Shown: piece after piece, positions 48,028 to 54,989 of the stretch
How the letters are laid out: every line of letters starts with the position of its first letter
Numbering within the stretch: the stretch's first letter is position 1
Origin: a virus
Direction: 5' to 3' (one strand)
Length of the DNA: 54,989 nt
Virus record (IMG/VR): IMGVR_UViG_3300049989_000072
Coordinates: 1 to 54,989 of that record
Position numbers and translations under genes: made by a program
Notes under the pieces: model-generated
Told to the model about the DNA's origin: nothing
The model's database searches: none
Seen by the model: only the letters and a program-made list of their open reading frames with translations

Positions 48028-50756
48028 CCGATGAGACCCATGTCAACGCCGACGAGATGATGGACGAAAGTCTCGCTCACTATGGCATTCTTCGTCGTTC
48101 CGGTAGGTACCCTTGGGGTTCCGGTGAAAACCCCTACCAGAACAACATGAACTTCCTGGCGTACGTCTCCGAACTTCAGAAGAAGGGTTGGAGCGAGAAG
48201 CAGATCGCCGAGGGCCTTGGTACCACTACCGGAGCTCTTCGCGATGCTAAGAAGATCGCCAAGACCGCCAATCGAGCCGCAGACCAGTCCCAGGCCCAGC
48301 GCCTCAAGGAGCGTGGGTGGTCGAACGTCGCCATCGGACAGCGAATGGGCATCAACGAGTCGTCGGTTCGCCAACTTCTCGCCCCGAGCAACCGAATCAA
48401 GAACGACAAGCTCCAGTCCACCGCAAATGCGATCCAGAAGCGTGTGGATGAGGTCGGCTACATCGATGTGGGTGCTGGAACCGAGCTTTACCTCGGTGTG
48501 AGTGCCACGCAGCTCAAGACTGCCGTCACCAAGCTCCGTGAAGAGGGTTACACGTACCATTACGTCGACATGCCTCAGCTCGGAACGGGTAAGGACACCC
48601 TCATGAAGGTGTTGGCCAAGCCTGGTATCGACGGCAAGACGATGTACGCCAACAAGCACCTCATCGAGCCCATTGCGGTCTACTCGGAGGACGGTGGTCG
48701 AACCTTCCTAGGCATCGAGAAGCCCAAGCAGGTCGATCTCAACCGCATTGAGGTTCGGTATGGGCCTGATGGCGGTGACGACAGGGACGGAATCATCCAG
48801 CTTCGCCGCGGAGTCGATGACATCTCCCTCGGCGCCTCGAAGTACGCTCAGGTTCGCATCCAGGTGGACGACACCCACTACCTCAAGGGCATGGCTGTCT
48901 ATACAGACGACCTTCCTGATGGCGTGGACATCCGCTTCAACACGAATAAGACCCGTGAGGAAGCTCCCACCAAGCTCGATGCGATGAAGCCGCTCAAGTC
49001 GGACGAAGACAACCCCTTCGGTGCCGTTGTTCGACAGAAGCACTACCTCGACAAGGACGGTAAGCGACAGCTTTCTGCCCTGAACATCGTCGGCGCCATG
49101 AACACCGAGGGTGGCGAAGAGGGTGCCTGGCGAAAGTGGTCTCGAAACCTGTCTTCCCAGATGCTTTCCAAGCAGTCTGCGCCTCTGGCCAAGCAGCAGC
49201 TCGGCATCGCAGGTGATCGTAAGCGCGCAGATCTTGATGAGATCCTCGCTCTGAACAACCCTGCCGTCAAGAAGAAGCTTCTCGATGGTATGGCTGACGA
49301 TCTCGATGCAGCAGCGGCCCACCTCAAGGCAGCCGGTCTTCCTCGAACCGCGTCTCACGTTCTCCTCCCCTTGACCACCATCAAGGAGACCGAGATCTAT
49401 GCACCCAACTACCGAGATGGCGAGCGAGTCGTTCTGATTCGTCACCCTCATGGTGGTACCTTCGAGATTCCCGAGCTCACGGTCAACAACCGTAACCGTG
49501 AAGCTGGTCGAATCATGAAGGGTGCGCAAGACGCAGTTGGCATCAACCCCAAGGTTGCCCAGCAGCTGTCGGGTGCCGACTTCGATGGCGATACCGTTCT
49601 GGTCATCCCGAACAACAATAAGGCTGTGAAGACTTCCTCCCCTCTCGAGGGCCTGAGGAACTTCGACCCCAAGACGGAGTACCGTGAATACCCTGGTATG
49701 AAGCGGATGTCCTCTGAGGGTACGCAGCTGAAGATGGGTGACATCTCCAACCTGATCACGGATATGACTATCCAGGATGCAACGGAAGCAGAGCTCGCTC
49801 GTGCTGTTCGTCATTCCATGGTGGTCATCGATGCAGAGAAGCACGGCCTCAACTACCAGCAGTCTGCCAAGGACCATGGTATTGCCGAGCTCAAGCGCAA
49901 GTACCAGGGCGATGCCCGTGCTGGTGCCGCAACTCTCATCTCTCGTGCCACCTCCCAGCAGAGGGTGGATGCTCGCAAGCCCCGGCCTGCAGCAGATGGT
50001 GGTCCTGTGGACCCGGAGACGGGTGAGCGTCGTTTCGTCCCCACCGGCGAGACATACGAGCGCCCCGTACGGGACCGCAAGACCAAGGAGATCATCGGCA
50101 CTGAGACGGTCAAGAAGACCCTCACCTCCACCAAGATGGCAGAGACCACCGATGCTCGAACTCTGAGCTCCGGGACTGTGATGGAAGGTGTGTACGCCGA
50201 CCATGCCAATCGTCTCAAGGCCATGGCCAATGAGGCCCGGAAGGCATCGCTTGCAATCAAGCCCATCCCCCAGTCGGCGTCTGCAAAGACCGCCTATGCC
50301 AAGGAGGTAAGTACCCTCCGGGATAAGCTAGATACGGCCCTCCGTAATAAGCCCCTAGAGCGCCGGGCCCAGACAGTCGCCAACATGATCGTCAAGGCCA
50401 AGCGGGATGCAACCCCCTCTATGGATGCGGCTGATCGTAAGAAGATTGCAGGGCAGGCCCTTGCAGAGGCGAGGCTCAGGGTCGGTGCACACAAGGCCCG
50501 TGTTGTGTTCACACCTCGTGAGTGGGAAGCTGTGCAGGCTGGTGCAATCAGCAACTCCTTCCTCACCCAACTGTTGAGCAATGCAGATCTCAATGAGGTA
50601 CGCCAACTGGCCACACCTCGTGACAGACCTGCCATCTCAGCAGCCCTCCTGGCCAGGGCACAGACCATGCTGTCTTCGGGTAACTACTCACAGGCAGATG
50701 TGGCTGATGCACTGGGTGTCAGTGTTAGCACTCTTAACACAGCGCTTCACGGATAG
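48024..50756 (+). CDS. candidate single-chain two-barrel RNA polymerase (YonO / crAss-vRNAP / RdRP-like) with HTH modules
   Basis: 'THYLKGMAVYTDDLPDGVDIRFNTN' resembles the beta DPBB (HGNKGV..EDMP..G..VDIVLNP). 'RVVLIRHPHGG...AVGINPKVAQQLSGADFDGDTVLVI' resembles the beta' DPBB ([11 protein letters not shown]...[24 protein letters not shown]). HTH-like 'WSEKQIAEGLGTTTGAL', 'WSNVAIGQRMGINESSVRQLL' and 'YSQADVADALGVSVSTLNTAL' are present. Confidence 0.55.
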   Translation: MTDETHVNADEMMDESLAHYGILRRSGRYPWGSGENPYQNNMNFLAYVSELQKKGWSEKQIAEGLGTTTGALRDAKKIAKTANRAADQSQAQRLKERGWSNVAIGQRMGINESSVRQLLAPSNRIKNDKLQSTANAIQKRVDEVGYIDVGAGTELYLGVSATQLKTAVTKLREEGYTYHYVDMPQLGTGKDTLMKVLAKPGIDGKTMYANKHLIEPIAVYSEDGGRTFLGIEKPKQVDLNRIEVRYGPDGGDDRDGIIQLRRGVDDISLGASKYAQVRIQVDDTHYLKGMAVYTDDLPDGVDIRFNTNKTREEAPTKLDAMKPLKSDEDNPFGAVVRQKHYLDKDGKRQLSALNIVGAMNTEGGEEGAWRKWSRNLSSQMLSKQSAPLAKQQLGIAGDRKRADLDEILALNNPAVKKKLLDGMADDLDAAAAHLKAAGLPRTASHVLLPLTTIKETEIYAPNYRDGERVVLIRHPHGGTFEIPELTVNNRNREAGRIMKGAQDAVGINPKVAQQLSGADFDGDTVLVIPNNNKAVKTSSPLEGLRNFDPKTEYREYPGMKRMSSEGTQLKMGDISNLITDMTIQDATEAELARAVRHSMVVIDAEKHGLNYQQSAKDHGIAELKRKYQGDARAGAATLISRATSQQRVDARKPRPAADGGPVDPETGERRFVPTGETYERPVRDRKTKEIIGTETVKKTLTSTKMAETTDARTLSSGTVMEGVYADHANRLKAMANEARKASLAIKPIPQSASAKTAYAKEVSTLRDKLDTALRNKPLERRAQTVANMIVKAKRDATPSMDAADRKKIAGQALAEARLRVGAHKARVVFTPREWEAVQAGAISNSFLTQLLSNADLNEVRQLATPRDRPAISAALLARAQTMLSSGNYSQADVADALGVSVSTLNTALHG

Positions 50757-50773
50757 CAGGAAGGTGTAGTGCA

Positions 50774-51022
50774 ATGGACACACAGCAAGTGATGCTGACA
50801 ACTGTTGACAATCCTTTCAATCCTTTCACTCAATGGAATGAATGGTTCGAGTTCGATGAGAGTTCAGGTTACTCAACTTGTTCGCTCCTTGCTCGAATCG
50901 CTTTGACAAGTGATGAGTTGAGTGATAGTGATCAACGGTTGGCAAGAGATGATGCAATCGACATCATCATTCGAGAAATTGGGCCAGGCTTCTACAAGCG
51001 AGTAACTTCGTCTGAAGCTTGA
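50774..51022 (+). CDS. hypothetical protein
   Basis: 82 aa. 'TVDNPFNPFTQWNEWFEFDESSGYSTCSLLARI' is a motif I recall from other phage proteins of unknown function. The segment has lower GC. Confidence 0.5.
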   Translation: MDTQQVMLTTVDNPFNPFTQWNEWFEFDESSGYSTCSLLARIALTSDELSDSDQRLARDDAIDIIIREIGPGFYKRVTSSEA

Positions 51023-51046
51023 CACCTTTGGCTCACCGACGGTGCC

Positions 51047-51081
51047 GGGGGGAGGGGTCTCGAAATTCTGACCCCCCCTCC
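51047..51081 (+). terminator. G/C-rich hairpin after the early/middle region
   Basis: GGGGGGAGGGGTC-TCGAAATTCT-GACCCCCCCTCC (imperfect). A second perfect 8-bp palindrome, CATGCAGG..CCTGCATG, lies at 51210-51237. Confidence 0.45.
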
Positions 51082-51276
51082 GCATCGCCTCCCTCCTCAA
51101 AAATTCCCCGGGGGACATTTTTAGGGAAACATTACTACCCCGGTTGGTTTATCTGGGGGTATCAGGCACAAAAAAACTGGGACTCATCCACCCAATCTCC
51201 TTTCAAGAGCATGCAGGAACTAGTCGTGACCTGCATGTAAGACCTGGTACCCTCAGATAAACTAATTGACAAACAC

Positions 51277-51301
51277 TATAAAAATTCTCCGATCATAGAA
51301 T
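51277..51301 (+). promoter_or_regulatory. module-boundary motif copy B (TATAAAAATTCTCCGATCATAGAAT)
   Basis: Lies 23 nt upstream of ATG 51324, after two hairpins. TTGACA at 51266-51271 is adjacent. Confidence 0.35.
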
Positions 51302-51323
51302 CCACACAGCTTTTGGAGCAGGA

Positions 51324-51749
51324 ATGAAGACGATTCGATCACTGCGTCCGGAAAACTGGGCGTGGCTACACGCAAAGGCCGGGCTGATGCTCTGGTCGGT
51401 TCTGTTTCTCATCTTTACACCGAATACACTGATGTTCAACCTCGGATACCTCATCCCGGTGTTCATCAGTGCGGTGACCATCCTAGGTTTGGCTCTGTCA
51501 GTCTATGGATTCTTCGTTTCTCGGTCAGATGTCATCATTCGTAAGGTTCGAGGCTTTACGATCGAGATCTCAGGCCTCTACGTCGCGATGGCCGGGCCAG
51601 GGGCATATTTCGCAACTCAACTCCTTCTCATTCCCGGGGAAGGAGGCGATCAGCGTATCGCGTTGGGCGCGTTTGCATATTTCGCAACGTCTGCTCTCGT
51701 GGTTCGGATTGTTGAGGTGCACCAGCGTAGAAAGAAGTACATCCGATGA
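51324..51749 (+). CDS. 4-TM membrane protein (holin-like?)
   Basis: 141 aa with four hydrophobic segments and a basic C-terminus (HQRRKKYIR). It is the first gene after the 51.0-51.3 kb non-coding region. Confidence 0.4.
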   Translation: MKTIRSLRPENWAWLHAKAGLMLWSVLFLIFTPNTLMFNLGYLIPVFISAVTILGLALSVYGFFVSRSDVIIRKVRGFTIEISGLYVAMAGPGAYFATQLLLIPGEGGDQRIALGAFAYFATSALVVRIVEVHQRRKKYIR

Positions 51750-52165
51750 TCCCGGACTTCACACCCGAGCTCATTCAGAGCATCGTGAGTTCGGTGGTCG
51801 TTGCCGCGGTCGTCACAGGTATCTTCACCTATCTCAACAAGCGAGCAAAGTCCCCCGAGTCACAGAACCAGCTTGCCGAGATCGGCACGAAGTTCGCGTC
51901 CCAGCTCCTTGTCGAGGCGCAGAACGAACGCAAGGAACTGCGAACCACGATCGCTGACCTCGAGAAGCTCAACGACGTCAAGCAATCCACCATCGATCGA
52001 CTCCAGAATCTCTTGAATGAGAAGGATCGTCGCATTCATGAGCTAGAGAACAGACAGCGCACCGTGGCCTTCAAGCTTCAGCGCGGAGAGGTCATCACGC
52101 TCAACGACATCTTTGGAGAAGACGCTCCTCACATCCAGGTCGCGCTCGAGGAGAACGCGGCATAA
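51746..52165 (+). CDS. N-terminally anchored coiled-coil membrane protein
   Basis: TM segment is IVSSVVVAAVVTGIFTYL, followed by a long heptad-like region. Coupled start (ATGA). Confidence 0.45.
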   Translation: MIPDFTPELIQSIVSSVVVAAVVTGIFTYLNKRAKSPESQNQLAEIGTKFASQLLVEAQNERKELRTTIADLEKLNDVKQSTIDRLQNLLNEKDRRIHELENRQRTVAFKLQRGEVITLNDIFGEDAPHIQVALEENAA

Positions 52166-52185
52166 CCAAGGAGGTGAACACATCT

Positions 52186-52527
52186 ATGGCACGCCCCAAC
52201 AAGGCTGACCCAGCGGCGCGAAAGTCCCTGCCCCTCGCAACGACTATGCAGGGTAGGGAAGACCAGCTGGTAAATCTGGCCTTGGACGTCGTCGAGAAGC
52301 AGATGCTCGACGGCACGGCGTCGTCACAGACGCTTGCGCACTGGCTCAAGCTAGGTAGCAGCAGGCATCGCAAGGAGATGCAGAAGATGCAGGTCGAGCT
52401 CGACCTGGCGAACGCTAAGATTCGTCAGATGGAGTCCGCCTCGCAGGGTGACGAGAAGCTCGAGAGAGCTCTCAAGGCCTTCCGCAACTACAGTGGACAG
52501 GAAGAGGACGAGGACCATGACGCTTAG
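52186..52527 (+). CDS. terminase small subunit-like protein (tentative)
   Basis: AAGGAGGTGAACACATCT precedes the ATG. 'LDGTASSQTLAHWLKLGSSRHRKEMQKMQVELDLANAKI' resembles a motif I recall in small terminases of Gram-positive phages. An HNH gene follows. Confidence 0.4.
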   Translation: MARPNKADPAARKSLPLATTMQGREDQLVNLALDVVEKQMLDGTASSQTLAHWLKLGSSRHRKEMQKMQVELDLANAKIRQMESASQGDEKLERALKAFRNYSGQEEDEDHDA

Positions 52528-52933
52528 GACATATTCTGTTCTGCGGACCCTCGAGACCTTCGAAGAGCGATACGAATACCTCCGCTTGTTTGGTCAGGTC
52601 GGGGAAGCCACGTTTGGTTCTGAACGATATTTGAATCAGACATTCTATCGCTCTACCGAGTGGAGACAGATCAGAAACCATGTTATTGCGCGTGATAACG
52701 GCTGTGACATGGGTGTTTCTGGTCGAGAGATTCACGATAAGATCATCATTCATCATATGAACCCGATGCAGTCGTCAGATCTCATCCACGGCAACGCCGA
52801 TATTTTGGACCCCGAGTTCTTGGTTTCGGTGACGCACAACACGCATAACGCCATCCACTATGGTGATCGCACCCGCCTTGTACGTGACTACGTCCCAAGG
52901 ACAGCAAACGACACGGCCCCATGGCTTCTTTGA
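52517..52933 (+). CDS. HNH endonuclease
   Basis: 'RDNGCDMGVSGREIHDKIIIHHMNP........VTHNTHNAIHYG'. The start overlaps the upstream stop. Confidence 0.8.
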   Translation: MTLRTYSVLRTLETFEERYEYLRLFGQVGEATFGSERYLNQTFYRSTEWRQIRNHVIARDNGCDMGVSGREIHDKIIIHHMNPMQSSDLIHGNADILDPEFLVSVTHNTHNAIHYGDRTRLVRDYVPRTANDTAPWLL

Positions 52934-52942
52934 AAGGAGAAC
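52926..52942 (+). promoter_or_regulatory. conserved initiation motif copy (TTCTTTGAAAGGAGAAC)
   Basis: 3 nt before ATG 52946. Its TGA is the stop of the HNH gene. Confidence 0.6.
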
Positions 52943-52945
52943 CAG

Positions 52946-53815
52946 ATGGCATATCCTGTTGATAAGCGCACTGCCGCCTTCAATACCAACAAGCACGATG
53001 CATTTGGGCATGATTGCCTAGGTGAAGTCGGCATCAAGAACGCTCGAAAGATTCCGCACTCCGGAGGAGACTTCGGTGGTAGCGGACCCATCTTCTCCAT
53101 TGCTGGCGGTAAGATTGTCAAGTCCGGCTGGAGCAACATGGCCGGCTGGTACGCAATTGAGGATAGCGGATACGGCATCTTCTTCGTGTACTTCCACGCA
53201 CTCCAGCAGATGGCTCCCGAGGGTACAATTACCGAGCCCGGCGATCGTATTGGCTACATCGGGAACACCGGTTCTGGCTCAAAGGGCCAGCACCTACACC
53301 TCAGTGCAGCTCTGTCGCTGTTCGCAGCCATGATGCTGGTCGCCATTGGCACCTACGCTCGTGGCAAGCGATCCACTGCTCAGTGGGCGGCCGATCACGG
53401 TCTCACCGACCCGATGCCCTACATCTACGACGAGACGCTCCGTCCCGTTCGTCCTCCTGTCCCCGAGCCCGTGCCCGAGGTCACCAACGAGTTTGGAGTC
53501 AACATGGCCACCTTCATCGACAAGAACAACACCATCGTCTGGGGCGACGACTGGATCCAGTCCTACCCCCCGGGCGTCTACATGGCGCTGCGCTACGGTC
53601 TCCGCGACGGCGTTCGCGACGCCAACATGCCCGAGTACATCTACGGCACCGTGGTCCGTGAGGTCTGGGCAGTCAACCAGAAGCGTGGCGAGGCAATGGC
53701 CCGCGCGGTCGGCAAGGAGTTCAAGAAGACGGCAGTCCCCGCGAGCTTCCCCGCCGCGGCAACGGACGCCCAGCTCCAGACCTTCGTGTCGGAGCGAGCT
53801 CTTTCCACTGTCTGA
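52946..53815 (+). CDS. M23 family peptidase (endolysin or virion lysin) with an unknown C-terminal domain
   Basis: 'HSGGDFGGSGPIFSIAGGKIV', 'FFVYFHALQQ', 'GDRIGYIGNTGSGSKGQHLHLS' give the HxxxD and HxH zinc motifs. TTCTTTGAAAGGAGAAC lies upstream. Confidence 0.75.
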   Translation: MAYPVDKRTAAFNTNKHDAFGHDCLGEVGIKNARKIPHSGGDFGGSGPIFSIAGGKIVKSGWSNMAGWYAIEDSGYGIFFVYFHALQQMAPEGTITEPGDRIGYIGNTGSGSKGQHLHLSAALSLFAAMMLVAIGTYARGKRSTAQWAADHGLTDPMPYIYDETLRPVRPPVPEPVPEVTNEFGVNMATFIDKNNTIVWGDDWIQSYPPGVYMALRYGLRDGVRDANMPEYIYGTVVREVWAVNQKRGEAMARAVGKEFKKTAVPASFPAAATDAQLQTFVSERALSTV

Positions 53816-53835
53816 GGATATTTAGGAGAGCAGTC

Positions 53836-54207
53836 GTGCCTGAAGAGATCGACAACAAGAAGAGCATCCTCAACTCGGTCAAGCTCGGTCTCGACATCAT
53901 CCCCGAGAACGACGAGTACGACCAGGTCGTCATGATGCACATCAATTCCGTCATCGCAAAGCTCGATCAGTTGGGTGTCGATCAGTTCGGCCCCTTCGAA
54001 GTCGAGGACGAGACGGCAAAGTGGTCTGACTTCCTTGGTGAGGACAAGCTCCTCAACATGGTCAAGAGCTATGTCGTTCTCCAGGTGCGGCTGCTCTTCG
54101 ATCCTCCCACCACTTCTTTCCTCCTCGACGCTTTCAACAAGATGTCGCAGGAGATGGAGTGGCGGATCAACGTCCAGACCGAAGGAAAGCGAGTCCTCAG
54201 TGACTAG
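53836..54207 (+). CDS. gp6-like head-tail connector protein (tentative)
   Basis: GTG follows TTTAGGAGAGCAGTC. 'SVKLGLDIIPENDEYDQVVMMHINSVIAKLDQLG' fits the connector/DNA-packaging (QLRG-type) pattern. Confidence 0.4.
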   Translation: MPEEIDNKKSILNSVKLGLDIIPENDEYDQVVMMHINSVIAKLDQLGVDQFGPFEVEDETAKWSDFLGEDKLLNMVKSYVVLQVRLLFDPPTTSFLLDAFNKMSQEMEWRINVQTEGKRVLSD

Positions 54208-54989
54208 TCCCGAAGACTTCCTGAAGCACTACGGTGTCAAGGGGATGAAGTGGGGCGTTCGCAAGGATCGGGATATTTCGGGCGGTTCTTCGGTCCCTGA
54301 GCACGAGCGGACAGAGGCGGTCGTCGTCCTTCAAGAAAAGTTGAAGGATGGCGGCTCTCTGACCGTCCTCAAGGATCCCCCCGGGGCTATCGCACGCTTC
54401 CGAGCAAGGCATAGCAAGAAGTTCCGCAAGGAGATGAAGAAGGATCACTTCTTTACCCTTAAGGATGCAGACGGAAACAAGGTTGGCGACGCGTCTTTCC
54501 GCCAAGACAGCCCTACGTCCCTCAATCTTGAGTGGATTGGTGTCTCCTCGAAGCATCGTGGGAAGGGCTATGCCAGTGCCGCACTCAGAGGTGTCATTCG
54601 CTACGCCCAGGACAACGGTCTAGAGCGTCTTACGCTCGAGGTCCCCGGAGCCTCCCCCGACGCACTCCACATCTACACCAAGCTTGGCTTCAAGGTCCTT
54701 GATCAGGTCGCTGGCTCGTCGGAAGATGACTTCTGGGGTGGTCTGACCAACATGGAGATGCTGATTCCTCAGGATTCGGTTCGACACTCCGACTTTGACC
54801 CCCAAGAGGTGGTGAACTACATCGTGGAAGCACTCAACAACCCCACGCCCTCCGACTTCCTCAAGCACTACGGTGTCAAGGGGATGAAGTGGGGCGTTCG
54901 CAAGGATCGAGTCAAGAAGGCTCGCAAGCCCAAGCGCACTCCGTCCGAGCAGCACATCGAATCTCGGAAGATCAAGCGCAAGAAGCTTT
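54200..54989 (+). CDS. 5' part of the junction-spanning GNAT acetyltransferase carrying two HYGVKGMKWGVRK motifs (continues at nt 128..345)
   Basis: It is absent from the ORF track because it runs off the window end. GTG 54200 starts VTSPEDFLKHYGVKGMKWGVRKDRD. GNAT motif A is 'LEWIGVSSKHRGKGYASAALRGVIRYAQDNGLERLTLEV....ALHIYTKLGFKV', followed by a second 'PSDFLKHYGVKGMKWGVRKDR'. Confidence 0.65.
   Translation, partial: MTSPEDFLKHYGVKGMKWGVRKDRDISGGSSVPEHERTEAVVVLQEKLKDGGSLTVLKDPPGAIARFRARHSKKFRKEMKKDHFFTLKDADGNKVGDASFRQDSPTSLNLEWIGVSSKHRGKGYASAALRGVIRYAQDNGLERLTLEVPGASPDALHIYTKLGFKVLDQVAGSSEDDFWGGLTNMEMLIPQDSVRHSDFDPQEVVNYIVEALNNPTPSDFLKHYGVKGMKWGVRKDRVKKARKPKRTPSEQHIESRKIKRKKL
54863..54989. 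repeat. terminal overlap; identical to nt 1-127
   Basis: Same 127-nt string as the window start. Confidence 0.9.

Noticed and set aside
51266-51271. A perfect TTGACA as the -35 box of a sigma-70-type late promoter.
   Set aside because: No -10-like hexamer lies at 16-19-bp spacing. TATAAA is 5 nt away and TAGAAT is 24 nt away. I kept it only as context for the boundary motif.

Overview
The window is one complete tailed-phage genome, and nt 1-127 are identical to nt 54863-54989, so it closes into a circle of about 54.86 kb of unique sequence. It is GC-rich, siphovirus-like and probably metagenome-assembled. The likely host is a high-GC Gram-positive bacterium, based on an LPQTG sortase-anchored protein, a Dp-1-type holin and AGGAG Shine-Dalgarno sites. 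All credible genes (about 90 CDS) are on the + strand; the long minus-strand ORFs are GC-driven shadows. The late module wraps the window junction (about 51.3 kb -> 19.5 kb). Its order is: membrane proteins, TerS-like, HNH, M23 peptidase, connector-like, a GNAT gene spanning the junction, TerL, three proteins with an N-terminal 'DDFLxHYGVKGMKWGVRK' motif (one with a papain-fold toxin domain plus an immunity-like ORF), portal, a protease-scaffold-capsid fusion, head-tail genes, two tail-tube paralogs, tape measure, Dit, a Gp37-like protein and holin. The early/middle region (19.6-51.0 kb) has many tiny membrane-protein genes and several intragenomic paralog families. It also has an LPXTG surface protein, a 1287-aa SF3-helicase/AEP-primase/PolB fusion, an SSB-like gene, two HNH homing-endonuclease genes, an SF2 helicase, Tpt1/KptA, two PD-(D/E)xK nucleases, and a 910-aa ORF that looks like a single-chain two-barrel RNA polymerase with an exact ADFDGD motif. 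I saw no tRNA, rRNA, CRISPR, integrase or repressor. The genome also carries several strongly conserved, strand-specific DNA motifs. They are nine copies of a 35-nt promoter-like motif in fixed register, about 13 copies of a TCTCTTGAAAGGAGAAC initiation motif, seven copies of an 11-mer (TCAAAATGGAA) confined to the late region, a strand-biased ATATT word, and an iteron-rich non-coding region. The most interesting hypothesis is a phage-encoded RNA polymerase with its own promoter set, together with a family of effector proteins that share an N-terminal motif. All domain calls are made by eye and from memory of family signatures; no searches were run.
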